Assembly: GCF_006345805.1 (NCBI RefSeq)
Contig: NC_042997.1
Span: forward strand, 140,306,001-140,370,000
Length of the DNA: 64,000 nucleotides
Reading direction: 5' to 3'
Source: Octopus sinensis
Lineage: Eukaryota
Every line of letters starts with the position of its first letter. The stretch's first letter is position 1. The position numbers and the translations under genes were made by a program. Of this stretch, positions 25,570 through 38,037 are shown piece after piece. The notes under the pieces are model-generated. The model was not told where the DNA came from. It searched no databases and saw only the letters and a program-made list of their open reading frames with translations.

Positions 25570-25924
25570 TAACAATTGTAAGGCAGGTTTTTTTATTGGG
25601 CAGGGGTTGTTGTTGGTGGTGGAGGCACTTTTCTTACATTAACAAAAACCCCTGTTTCTGGTTTGTCACCAAACACAACTAGATTTCCGAGTTAAAAAAA
25701 AATTGCGTGGGAGACACAAAAACATAAATAATAAGGTTTGGGAAATTTAAATGATTAAATCCAAGCTAACACTAAATAAGTGCTCGAAGATCCAGTACTA
25801 ACTCATGGTAGTTATTACGTATAAGCGATTGTATTTCAGTGGTGTAGCCTGAGTGCGAACAGCCCGTGCAGCTCTTGAATTTGCAGCCCCTTCAGGGTCT
25901 CCAAGCTTATACAGCCTTATAACT

Positions 25925-26225
25925 GGCACTCCGTCGGTTACAACGATGAGTTCCAGTTGATCCGATCAATGGAACAGCCAACTCGTGAGATTAACGAGCA
26001 GGTGGTTGAGCACTCCTCAGACACGCGTTCTCTTAACGCAGCTCTCTGAAAGATTCAGAGTAACACAGAATGTAACAAGGTACACAGGGGTACTACTTAT
26101 TTTTGCCAGCTGAGTGGACTGATGCAACGTGAAATAAAGGGTCTTGCCTGAGGACACAATGTACGGCCGGGTATCGAGCGCACGTCCTTACGATTGTGAG
26201 CTGAACACTCCTGACCATTAAGCCT
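25925..26225 (-). mobile_element. SINE with family C tail and family D-like head
   Basis: GGCACTCCGTCGGTTAC tail as at 55430; head region GAGTGGACTGATGCAACGTGAAATAAAG. Confidence 0.65.
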
Positions 26226-26662
26226 TCATACAGGCTTAAAACGGCCGACATAAAAATACTGTTCTCATAAAAGCGTTGCCTCATCAGTTACTCTACAGGT
26301 ATTTCATTAAACTTTTATCCTGTAGGGAAGGTCCAAATTTGTTCAGTATTAGATGGTCCTACACTGCACGACCACCACCTACTATGACCCCAAGGCTTCA
26401 TCTCTTTAATTCTTTCATTCGTTTCAATCATTGGACTGTGGCCATGCTGGGGCATCCCATGGGAAGGATTAGTCAATCAAATCGATCCCAGTGTTCGTTT
26501 TTCTTTCTTTTATTTCAGTACATTTTCTATCGTTTTCTTTTCCTGAACCGCTAAGTTACAGACATTAAAAACTCAACATTATTCAAGCGGTGGGGGAATG
26601 GACAAATGTATACGTGTACATTTATATCTATCTAATGTATATCTATGCGTATACGTGCGTGC

Positions 26663-26708
<46 letters not shown>

Positions 26709-26829
26709 ACCTTTGTTCAAGGTGTCGTGCAGTAGTACCGAACCTAAAGCCATGTGGTTCCGAAGCAAATTTCTTTAACCACACAGCTACGTCTGCATCT
26801 AGTCACAGCCATACTTGCTTATGTAGTAA

Positions 26830-27618
26830 TGGTTTCAAATTTTGGCACAAGGCCAGCATTTCTGGAGGCGTGAGTAAGTCGATTACATCGACCCCAGTTT
26901 TAGACTGGTACATATTTTTTCGACTTGGAAACGATGAACGGCAAGGTCGACCTCAGTGGGATTTGAACTCAAAACAACAACGGATAAAATGCCGCTTAAG
27001 CATTTTTGCCGGGCGTGCTAGCGATTCTCTCAGCTCGCTCATGTATTCTTTTCTACTCTAGGCACAAGGCCTGTAATTTTGGGCGAGGGGGCCAGTCGAT
27101 TAGATCGACTCCAGTATGTAACTGGTGCTTAATTTACCAGCCCTGAAAGGATGAAAGGCAAAGTCGACCTCGGCGGAATTTGAAATCAGAACGTAAAGAT
27201 AGACGGAATACTTATTTCTTTATTACCCACAAGGGGCTAAACATAGAGGGGACAGACACACGGATTAAGTCGATTGCATCGACCCCAGTGCGTAACTGGT
27301 ACTTAATTTATCGACTCCGAAAGGATGAAAGGCAAAGTCAACCTCGGCGGAATTTGAAATCAGAACGTAACGGCAGACGAAATACCTATTTCTTTACTAC
27401 CCACAAGGGGCTAAACACAGAGAGGACAAACAAGAGCAGACAAACGGATTAAGTCGATTGTATCGACTCCAGTGCGTAACTGGTACTTAATTTATCGACC
27501 CCGAAAGGATGAAAGGCAAAGTCGACCTCGGCGGAATTTGAACTCACAACGTAGCGGCAGACGAAATACCGCTAAGCATTTCGCCCGGCGCGCTAACGTT
27601 TCTGCCAGCTTGCCGCCT
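26830..27618 (-). mobile_element. Head-to-tail multimer of SINE family B units
   Basis: GAAAGGATGAAAGGCAAAGTC.ACCTCGGCGGAATTTGAA recurs near 27146, 27320 and 27503, plus a diverged unit at 26830-27040. Confidence 0.88.
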
Positions 27619-27894
27619 TTTCTCAGCTCGCTTATGTAATAATAGTGCAATATTGCTTAATTTTTAAAGTAGTTTGCAGCAAGTTTGTAATAATAGCAGT
27701 TATGGTGGTGATAGTAGTAGTAGTAGTAGTAGTAACAATGCCAACAGTGCTGTAATAAAATAACATCCTTGATATGACATTATATATATATGTGTATGTG
27801 TGTGTGTTTGTGCGTGTGTGCATGTGTTTGTGTGTGTGTGCGTGCGTTGCGCGCGCGCGTGTATGTGTGTGTGTGTATATATATATGTATATTG

Positions 27895-28064
27895 TGGCAC
27901 TACGTCGGTTACGACGACGAGGGTTCTCCACCACCCCACTGCCGGAGCCTCGTGGAGCTTTAGGTGTTTTCGCTCAATAAACACTCACAACGCCTGGTCT
28001 GGGAATCGAAACCGCGATCCTCTGACCACGAGCCCGCTGCCCTCACCATTGGGCCATTGCGCCT
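27895..28064 (-). mobile_element. SINE family C, internally shortened
   Basis: Head and tail match 55430-55809; the middle is missing. Confidence 0.8.
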
Positions 28065-28088
28065 ACACACACACACACACACACACAC

Positions 28089-28145
<57 letters not shown>

Positions 28146-29186
28146 TTGTATGTATGTGTGAGTATATATATATATATATACATACACATGCACATACATA
28201 CACATACATGCATGCACACACCGCGTACATATCTCACCACACACACACACACACACACACACACCACGCATGCGCGCGCGCACATGGCAATTTTACATGA
28301 AAGCAGCAACAATTAAAATAAAACGATGAAAAGTGGAACGTACAAAATTATTTTGTCCCTCTTAAATCACCGAAACGAATAAATAAATTCTCCGAAATAG
28401 TCGTGTGCTCATCCTTCTCTTTCAATGAACTTTCGAAATGGGCGAACGAGTACAAGTATACTGAAGATTTTCAAATATTGGTTGGATTTCGTTAGCATTT
28501 TTCGACCACACCAATTACCGTTCATATTTGGCTCATTTTTTACGTTCTGAGTTCAAATTCCGCCGAGGTCGACTTTGCCTTTTATTCTTTCGGGGTCAAC
28601 AAATTAAGTACCAGTTGCGTACTGGGTTGATCTAATTGACTGGCTCCTCCCCCAAAATTTCGGGCCTTGTGCCTTGAGTTAAAAAGAATATTTCGCTCAT
28701 TTAATAAGCGACCCGATATTTTTCAAAGGGAAGTAATTATAAAGCTACAGAAATATAACTTCAGACACATTAATGTTCATCAATACTTGAAGAGTATTTT
28801 CCCTTTACATTACACTAAAGATTTCTTCCATCATTATAGTTTTTTTAAATTTTTTTTTTAAAACTGGTTCAAGATGTGAGGTTGGTGCTTGTTCGCCTGT
28901 ATGGTAAGACAGACCTGCATGACTCCCAGTTTGAATGGTGGTGATAATCCTGAGATGAAGCACCCAAGTTCTAATACTAGTCAATCGATCCAGTTGACTA
29001 AGACTCATATCAGTGAACGGAGTCGATGCGTTGTAAAGTCATCAAGAGGAAGGCTCCAAAACGGTCCGCATTCTCTCCTGATGCCCCCCGAAATCCATTG
29101 CCGTCCTTTTTGAGGATCTTTCGATTGATAATATTTGCACAAACAAGATGTTTCCAAGTTCCTAATCTCTCAACTGAATAGTTTTA

Positions 29187-29338
29187 GCGCAGGCGTGACT
29201 GTGTAGTAAGAAGCTTGCTTCCCAACCACATAGTTCCAGGTTTAGTCCCACTGATACCTTGGGCTAAGGTCTTCTATTATAGCCTCTGGTCCATCAAAAC
29301 CTTGTGTGTGGATTTAGTAGACGAAGGCTGAAAGAATC

Positions 29339-29345
<7 letters not shown>
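29187..29345 (+). mobile_element. SINE family A, 5' half
   Basis: GCGCAGGCGTGACTGTGTAG...GAAAGAATCCCATCATATATA. Confidence 0.8.
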
Positions 29346-29380
<35 letters not shown>

Positions 29381-29383
<3 letters not shown>

Positions 29384-29579
29384 ACCGCGTGTGTATCGTT
29401 GGTGATTTTTTCCTCCGTCTTCCCTTCCTTGGTTCTTTCCTTTTCCTATGTTTCTGACGAAGAGCTCTGCTCGAAACGTTGAATCCTTCTTTCTTTCCTT
29501 TCCTGAGCGTCCAATAACACTATACTTGTTCCACGTCCTCGCGTTGTTGTGTTTTCTCTTTGTGCTTTCATGTTTGGAT

Positions 29580-29583
<4 letters not shown>
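29381..29583 (+). mobile_element. PLE-type terminal-repeat module flanked by (TA)n on both sides
   Basis: Carries a hammerhead motif. The body CCTGAGCGTCC..TAACACTATACTTGTTC.ACGTCCTCGCGTTG recurs at 30955-31034 (+) and in related form at 54235-54330 and 58466-58680 (-). Confidence 0.75.
29450..29484 (+). ncRNA. Minimal type I hammerhead ribozyme motif
   Basis: GTTT-CTGACGA-A-GAGC(TCT)GCTC-GAA-ACGT-T-GAAT: intact core, 4-bp stem II, palindromic ACGT stem III. Confidence 0.7.
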
Positions 29584-29675
<92 letters not shown>

Positions 29676-29715
29676 GATATGATATGATATACGCCACCCA
29701 CACACAACACATATG

Positions 29716-30808
29716 CCGTATATACCAGCGTACAGGACGGAATTTGAACTTTAAAAAAATCACCCCAAAGCTAGGGGTCGTCTTATATACCCCTTATAAC
29801 ATCTGAACCTTAGCTTCCTGTGGTTTAGAGTAGCATTAATGTCAATGGAGAACAGTGTAAAGAACTTGCATAGACCCTTTGGTTCTACAGTGCTGTGTTT
29901 TCTTCTAATACTTGCACATATTGATGGAGAAAACTGTAAAACACTTACATAGATCTTATGGTTCTGCAACTCAGTATTTTCTACTGATACTTACACTTAC
30001 GTTTCGGAAGCTAGATTAATAGTAAGATTATATTAAAATATCAGCACACCAAACTTAGCGAACAGACACAGTTGCTATTTGCAACAGCTGACGAACAGAA
30101 AATGTAAACAATCAGCCTGTTCAGTTGGGTCCCAGGGTCCGTTCTGTTTACACTGCCGCCTTAGAGCGCTCTCTCATACAGCTTTCAGCCAGCCGAGGGC
30201 TTTCAGAACAAGTGTAGTTTACGGTAGCTAACTTAGCTGTTACAGTAGATTAGCAGCATGTACCAGTACCTTCTGTGACCTGACCAGTTCGTGTCTGTCA
30301 AACCAATCGCAATAAGCCTTACAGTTACCGGTTACTTTTAAAGATTTACAGACAGGGTTTCTTGAAAAGGCTTAAGTTGTCACTCTTTCATAAGCAACTA
30401 CTTTCACTGGGCGAACATTAATTTCCAGCAACTGTAAGACCCACACATAGCTCCAAGTGATAAACGAAGTGAATATGAATCTGGTTTCAAACTGAACGTG
30501 GTAGCTTACGTCAAGTCCCATAACAACTGTGCTTCTGTGATAAATTTTAAACAGTTAAGACTTCAGAATTGTTGCATACAACGTTTACTGATTGAAACAT
30601 AGTAAAATTGCTATTGAAACACACAAAAAAGCAGAGACTTCAGAGGCCGCTGGGGAAGCTACAGCTTACCCGGCCTCTTTATGAAGAATGCGCCTAACCG
30701 TAACCCTATTTTTCACGAAAACGTGGGGTAGTTTTATATAGCAAGTAGAGCTCAAAACACACATTTTAAATAGAAATCCTGGGGGTCGTCTTGTACACCC
30801 AGTCGTAT
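29716..30808 (+). mobile_element. Internally deleted Tc2/pogo-like DNA transposon
   Basis: End CCGTATATACCAGCGTACAGGACG; GGGGTCGTCTT.TA.AC repeats near both ends; Brinker-DBD-like relic EYESGFKLNVVAYVKSHNNCAS near 30470. Confidence 0.65.
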
Positions 30809-31051
30809 TATATATATAATAAAGGGTAAAATTAATTAATCAATTAATATTTAATAATTTTACCAAGTAGTTCGGTATGTTAAAAGAACCGTTATCGGTA
30901 ACCTTATACAAAAATTCTATAATTATAAGCATAATCATAATTCTTTCTTTTCTTTCCTGAGCGTCCGATAACACTATACTTGTTCTACGTCCTCGCGTTG
31001 TTGTGTTTTCTCTTTGTTCATGTTTGTATTAATTATATATATATATATATA

Positions 31052-31967
31052 CACGAGAGTAATTCCAAAAATAAGGTCTCCAAAGCTTTGTGAACGCAGG
31101 GAAACTTTGCGTGCGGCTATTGGTAACACTGTTGTGTTTGTTTGTTGTGTATGCGCCTGCGCCTGCCCCTGCGCGTGTCTCGCTGCTACGCTCAGTCTTG
31201 GCTTGGCAATCGTATCTGATAGACCTCCCGATTGACGCTACCACCAGGTGTGAAGTTCGCGCAGTTATTCGGTTTTTGAGCTCAAAAGGCATTAAACCGA
31301 TTGAAATTCATCGACAATTAACGGAAGTGTATGACGAGATGTGCATGGATGTCAAAAATGTCCGCAAGTGGTGTAGCGAGTTTGCAGCTGGTCATACTGA
31401 AATTTATAAGGAAGAAAGAAGCGGGCGACCATCAATTTCTGACGAGACAATCATGAAGGTTGAGCAAATCCTGCGTGAAAATCGGCGGATCACTCTGGAT
31501 GACCTCTGCATTTTGGTTCCTGAGGTTTCCCGGAGCACCATTCATAGGGTTTTGAGTGAAAAGTTGCAATATCGGAAGACGTGCGCAAGATGGGTCCCAC
31601 GAATGCTCACAGAAGACCATAAACGGTAACCCACCTTATAGTCCGGACTTGGCACCCAGTGACTATTACCTGTTCCCTAAGTTGGAGGAACATTTGGTCG
31701 GAACGCGCTTCAGCAACAACGACGAGGAGATAGATGAGGTTCACCGCTCCTCAACGACATGGTGGTGAGCTGGTATGACATGGGCATACAACAACTAATC
31801 CAGCGCCTACAAAAAATGCATCGACCGAAATGGCGATTACGTAGAAAAATAGATAAATGTTCAATAGATAAATGTTCAAACTTTAAAATGATCTAGACAT
31901 CATTGACAATAAACGTTTCTGCGGTTTCTAAATAGTTTTGGAGACATTACTTTTGCGTTTAACCGTG
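31052..31967 (+). mobile_element. mariner transposon with an internal deletion of the catalytic core
   Basis: ORF 31090-31629 (RAVIRFL...RSGRP...ARWVPRML) joined to PPYSPDLAPSDYYLF; imperfect TIRs. Confidence 0.93.
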
Positions 31968-32533
31968 GTGAATGCCACATCGATATCCTTCCCTATTCTA
32001 CTAATCACAGTTCAATATTGATAGAATTTAGACAGAGGTTCTCAATGTGGGTGGTACTGTCCCTCAAGGGGGTGCTGGGCATGTCGAAGGGTGTGTTAGG
32101 CTTTAGGGATCGGTGAGGGGGCGGTGAAGTAACATAATTAATATACTAAATTCATAATTATATTATACATGATAAAACTAGTAATGGTTATTAAAATAAA
32201 ACGAGATCTGATCAGGTACAAGGAAGTCATTAACTTGCAATGTTTAAAATATATTTACAATTTTCGCCTTACCTAGTTTTATATAATTTCACTGTTAATG
32301 GGTTATAAAGCATATTTTTAGAGAAAAATATATATATATTATCATCTATGTTAAGTTAGCTTAGTCGTGACACTTCACTCGTCACATAGGTAGGCGCTAA
32401 GCATAACAACTATTTAAGGGGTCAACCATCAAATGACTAAATATGTATGTATGTATGTATGTATGTATGCATGTATGTATGTATGTATGTATGTATGTAT
32501 GTATGTATGTATGTATGTATGTATGTATGTATG

Positions 32534-32565
<32 letters not shown>

Positions 32566-32572
32566 TGTATGT

Positions 32573-33572
32573 GTAGATTTGTATGTTTTATGTATGTATT
32601 CTCATGAATATAGTTGCATATCTAGACATGCTCATATGTATTTAAATGATAAAGTTCTGGAAAGGTTTACAGATTTTTACAGTTCCAGTGATGGATTGGA
32701 TCTGTAGTCTTCGATTTAGCTTTCTCCTTTCTGGTTTTGAGAAACCTAATTTCTCACGATTGGTATTTAGGCAGTGTGTTACATATCCCAGGGCCCCAAT
32801 AATTAAAGGTATAAGCATGAAATTGTAATCAAGATAGAGTAACTGCAGATTTCTCAATCGTTCAGCATAGGTGTTCTCTTTTTTCACTGATTTTCAGCTT
32901 ATTGTTAACATCCGCTGGGCAGCTAATTTCCACAACTGTGCACAGTATCTCTTCTCAATCCCAAATCATTATATCAGGTCTGTTGTGCTTACATTTTATT
33001 GAGCTCTTCACAGGTACATTCCACCAATATTCCTTTTTATTATGAGTGGCTATAGCTTCTACCATATTGTAGGTTCTTATTTCTTTGTCTTCGGGATTAT
33101 CCTTCGCAGTAAAATGATTTAATTCTGGATACAGATCGTTCCAATATGATTTCAATAATTTCATATAGCCAACAGTGGGGTTTTGTTTTGCTTCTTCGTA
33201 GCAGTTAAATAGTTCCTTATTCAATTCATAACACCAAGAGAAATGAGGTTGTAGTTATGGTTTCTTCTATAACTACACCTAGAAAGAAATTGTTTACCCA
33301 TTGAGTTGTTGTTTTCGTTCTGTTTCACGATTGTGTTGTTGATGTGTCCAGTCACGTTGTTTGTAGAAACTCTCTGCATGCTAAATTCAAGTTTCAGTCG
33401 AAAATCACTACAATCGTGAATAAAAGGCTCCCTCAGTTAATTCATCTGAAGATTAACCAGTTATTTGACAAGGCTCCAATGTTGAAGCTCCCAAGTTGGA
33501 GATAGTATTCATCGTACTTTCAATAAATAGTCTCCCACGCTAAATACACGACTTGTCTCTTCGAATGTTTCG
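32573..33572 (-). mobile_element. Internally deleted R4/Dong-like RLE non-LTR element in (TATG)n
   Basis: N-terminal NKELFNCYEEAK...HFTAK fused in frame to EYWWNVPV...KHNRPDIMIWD*EEILCTVVEISCPADVNNKLKISEKENTY...IPLIIGALG (PD-(D/E)xK-type endonuclease), with one stop and one frameshift. Confidence 0.85.
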
Positions 33573-33630
33573 TGTATGTATGTATGTATGTGTGTGTGTG
33601 TGTGCGCATGTATGCATATACATATGTATG

Positions 33631-33668
<38 letters not shown>

Positions 33669-34561
33669 CATTTATGTAGTAGTGGCTTCATGCAGGCGTA
33701 GCATGGATTCGATCCTCGATAGCCAAATTTCAATTAACAGTTCAACAACACTTTTCTCACGGTAAAACAATAGTTTTTCTGTGAGTGACAGCAGTTACAT
33801 TTGCCAGATACTTTCGCTAAGCAGAATAATGTCTTTGCCACTTGACCTTTCTAATCTCTCCTAGGCCACCAAAAGCTCGAATACAGATAACAGACCCCTA
33901 ACGAAATCTGTTGTTCTCAACAATATGTCTATTCTTCTAGCTGGTTTTGGATATTTATAAAAACTAGAAATTGGTAAGGCAAAATCAAGAGCGACCATCA
34001 GTTAGTGAACGGAGACCAACTAGAGTGATGGCCACAAGCAGGCGGCCACCACTAAAGACAAACGGCCAGTGGGAGAGAAAAGGTTACAACCAGCCAACTA
34101 TGAGACACAATTTCCCTCGACTCTATAACTTTTGCTAGCTCAATTCTTTTTTTCTGTTATAACATCATTCTATCCCTATTTGTGAATTACTACTATGAGA
34201 ACGTATACACACATACCGGCCGAAATTAACTCTTTTTATCTCGCATGCTTTTCCATTTACTAATTATACATACCAACCCGTCGTGGTTTTGGATATATAC
34301 AAAGTAACGGTGAATACATATTCCTTTACAACTTCGATCACTGTTCTTCGTTCATCTTGCACACCTGCAACAGCAACACTAGTTACAATCGCTAACTGCC
34401 AACTCCAATATATATCATAATACAAACCAACTGGCAACCAACATCTTAACCAACCAACTTCATTACCGTTATATATATATATATATATAGGATCGTTTGT
34501 AGAAATACATAAATCCGGAGGTGAAGCACACTTTAAGATGTAGAGCAGTTAATATTGTAGT

Positions 34562-35154
34562 GGGGTAGACCGGTTTGTGGGGTTACTCTGGGTTTCTCGT
34601 TCATAAGGGGTTTAGTCTTTCGGCGTATCTTGAGACCTTAAACTCTGCTGCTGGCCTGAGACCTCTTTAAAATATAGAGTAAAACTATAGGTGATTATCT
34701 CCCTTTGCCATTGTCCATCTTGCAGTCACTAAAGAACCACGAAGGTAAACGATTGTCTCCCTTCGGCTTTGGCTATTGGTTTCCGGCTGTGGTGCCGCCA
34801 TGAGGATTCCAAAAATCCAACAGGTATTTTCTAAAATGCAGGCATGGTCCGAAAATCTCCTGCCTGCTGGCCTTTTGGAATCCGCATGGCGTGACCACAG
34901 TTGGAAGCCAATAGCCAAGGCCGAAGGGAAACAATCGTTTACCTTTGTGGTGCTTTAGTGACCGCAAGATGGTAGCGCTGCCGAAGATCGACGGACAATG
35001 GCAAAGGGAGATAACCAACTAGGATTTTACCCTTAAAAACGAGGTTTTTCTCCCTCCATATTTTATAGCGGTCTCAAGGCTAGCAGTGTTTGGGGTTTGA
35101 AGACATGCCATAAAGCAGGAAATCCAGGGTAACTCCATAAACCGGTTTACCCCC
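34562..35154. mobile_element. Fold-back (whole-element palindromic) MITE-like element
   Basis: Ends GGGGTAGACCGGTTTGTGGGGTTAC / GTAACTCCATAAACCGGTTTACCCC. Arm complementarity continues to the centre near 34855. Confidence 0.8.
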
Positions 35155-35168
35155 TATAATATATATAT

Positions 35169-37608
35169 AGGCGTAGGAGTGGCTGTGTGGTAAGTAGCTT
35201 GCTTACTGTACATACGTTTGTTAGTTGCTTCCACACTGAATACTGTCAAGACGTGCTTTTGTAGCCGTCCTGATTTGAAGAAATATTGAAGGCGCAACTG
35301 TAAGTTAGGCATCTGTTTTTTTGGGGGGGATTCAGTTGGGTTTTGTTGTTTAATATTGTTTTTATTTTTTCGAATAAGAGATCCTCACTGGGCCCCTGGA
35401 CATATGTCTGCCTGTAGTCGCGCTAAGTGACTCACTTAGCTGCGAGAATTGTTTGGTGGACGTGTCTCGCTACCAAAATTTGTGAAAATTTTGAAAATTC
35501 GACCGATTTGTGGAGGATTTTTTGTGTGTTCCTGCTGCTGCTGTGACCTGGAGTATCTGTGTGGAGTACCATATTTTGGAATACCTATGGGCCAGTATTA
35601 CCAAGTGGCCGGAATTGTGTTGCCGTAACTTGAACTGTCTTCTTTCGTTGTTTTTCTTTGCTCTGTCTTTCTGCTCTTTTTGTTTAGACTCTTTGTTTGA
35701 ACTATTTTTTGAACTCTCTTTTCTGCAAGCATGAGAAAAAAAGGCAAATACTGCGTTGGAGTGGGAGATTGTACCCCCCAAAAAGTGGGTAAAAGACTTC
35801 AACGAGAGAACGGTGGTGTTGAGGACATATTCCAAGTCTCTCGACACCATCACTGTGTTCCCTTAACTTGAGATTGAAAAGGAGTTGGCAGAATATCTGC
35901 CAACTATTAAGTTTATTGCAAGGGGTGTCAAGTATGCGACGGTGTGGTTGCTATTTGATACTCCTGAGGAAGCTCACAATTTTGCGAGCCAGCCCTTAGA
36001 AGGGCAAAAAATTCTGCTTCTTCCCACATATGGTGAGAAGAAATTAACAAGAGCTTGGGTCCGTGGGCTGCCACCCGGGGTAGAACTCTAGTGGATAGAA
36101 GACACTACCCGCCGGGGTCTGGGTGGCAGCGGAGCCAAGCTCCTAAATATTAAAATTCTGCCTGCGGTTGATTGGGTGGGATCAAAAACGGTTTTGACCC
36201 TGTGGACCCAATCAGCCAATAATCTGGTTTTCCCAGATTTTTTTAGAATGGCCGGTTCTAGGTATCCGGTGATTCTTGAGGGACGCCCCCCCACCCACCA
36301 AGTGTCACCTGTACCTGGAACCAGGCCACATTAAAAAGAACTGTCCCCAGGACCAAGGTAAGGTCCTGGAACAGTTAATAAAAGTAGCGGCCCCTGCTCT
36401 CCCATTGGAGGGAGAGATGGAGGCAGTCGAGGAAGTGGAGACCTCCTCGAAAAAAAGAAAGAAACGAAAGAAGGTGAGCAACAATGCTACGGGAGGGTGT
36501 GGTACCTCCGGATAAAGCGGGGGTACCTCACCCTCTCGTAGCAAAGGGGAGAAAAAGAAAAAAAGAAAAAGAATGGGACATTGCCGGCGGTTGATGGTAC
36601 ACTGCCAGCATGCCCTGAAACTTTGTCGGTGGGAAATGTGCTCCCGACAGAGGAAACGGTGGCCCCTCCCAGAGCGACGAGAGATGATTTTGCTATCTTC
36701 CTACATAAGGGAGGGGCAATACAGAACTTCTTAAGGAAGCTAGAGGGCCGGAGGGAAGAGCCCATGCCCTGGACTGAAGACCCGGATTGGCCTCCACAGG
36801 TGACTACGGAGGTCATATCGGAAGTCGATATGTTCAGGGTGTTGGGCTCCTTCCCGAAGGACCAGTTTAGGTTCGCCATCTGGGGCCCCGACCTGGAGCT
36901 GGAGCATTGCCTGCGGGAGGCATACAGCATGGTCGGGGAGGAAGGATAAAGAAGCTTTAATGCCTAAAATGTTTATTGTATGTTATTGTTTGTAAGAGGC
37001 TCAGTGCCTCAATTTATAATGGACTATTAAGTCCAGTAATTGTAAGAACTGAGGTAAGAGGTTTAATACCTCGTTTTGTTTTTTGAAGAACAATGTTTTA
37101 AATAAGCAGAAGACTGGCGGGCGTCTTTTGCTCCTCTCATTAATATCATAATTTCGTTTATCATTTCATCTCATTAATGTAACGTCCAGCCCGCAGCTAC
37201 ATCTATGTAATGCCCTTGTGGCAAACTATATGAATAAAAGTAGCTTGCTTACCAACTACATGGTTCTGGGTTCAGTCCCACTGCGTGGCACCTTGGGCAA
37301 GTGTATTCTACTATAGCCTCGGGTCGACCAAAGCCTTGTGAGGGGATTTGGTAGACGGAAACTGAAAGAAGCCCGTCGTATATATGTATACATATATATA
37401 TATATATGCCTGTGCTTGTTCTCCAACATCGCTTGACAAACGATGCTGGTGTGTTTACGTACCCGTCACTTAGCGGTTCGGCAAAAGGGCCCGATAGAAT
37501 AAGTACTAGGCTTACAAAGAATAAGTCCTGGGGTCGATTTGCTCGACTAGAGGCAGTGCTCCAGCATGGCCACAGTCAGATGAGTGAAACAAGTAAAAGA
37601 GTAAAGGA
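35169..37608 (+). mobile_element. SINE family A split by a 2-kb insertion (35169-35206 and 37238-37608)
   Basis: The head breaks at AAGTAGCTTGCTTAC and resumes with the same 15-mer. Confidence 0.92.
35207..37237 (+). mobile_element. ORF1-only L1/Tx1-like (half-L1-type) retroposon, 15-bp TSD
   Basis: Disrupted gag-like ORF ~35731-36949 with knuckle CHLYLEPGHIKKNC (CX2[C>Y]X4HX4C); no ORF2; 3' UTR ending AATAAA at the TSD. Confidence 0.8.
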
Positions 37609-37658
<50 letters not shown>

Positions 37659-37659
37659 T

Positions 37660-37800
37660 TCTTTATTACTCACAAGGGGCTAAACATAGAGGGGACAAAC
37701 AAGGACAGACAAACGGATTAAGTCGATTACATCGACTCCAGTGCGTAACTGGTACTTAATTTATCGAATCCGAAAGGATGAAAGGCAAAGTCGACCTCGG
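37660..37800 (-). mobile_element. SINE family B, 3' part
   Basis: Matches 24437-24590. Confidence 0.85.
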
Positions 37801-38037
37801 TGAAATTATATATATATATATCAATTAGAGAAGAACCAACCTTTTATCTATTCAACAATGAAATAACAATGATATAATTAAATTATACCAGACAGAAAAA
37901 AAAGGTAATCTTAACCTGCATCTATTCAAATTAAACAGCATATATATTTTCCTATGCGGCTAGCGCTGTTACCGGACTTACAGAGAACTTAGAAATATAT
38001 TAAGGTTACCTCTTTTTCTATATAGTATAATCTAATT

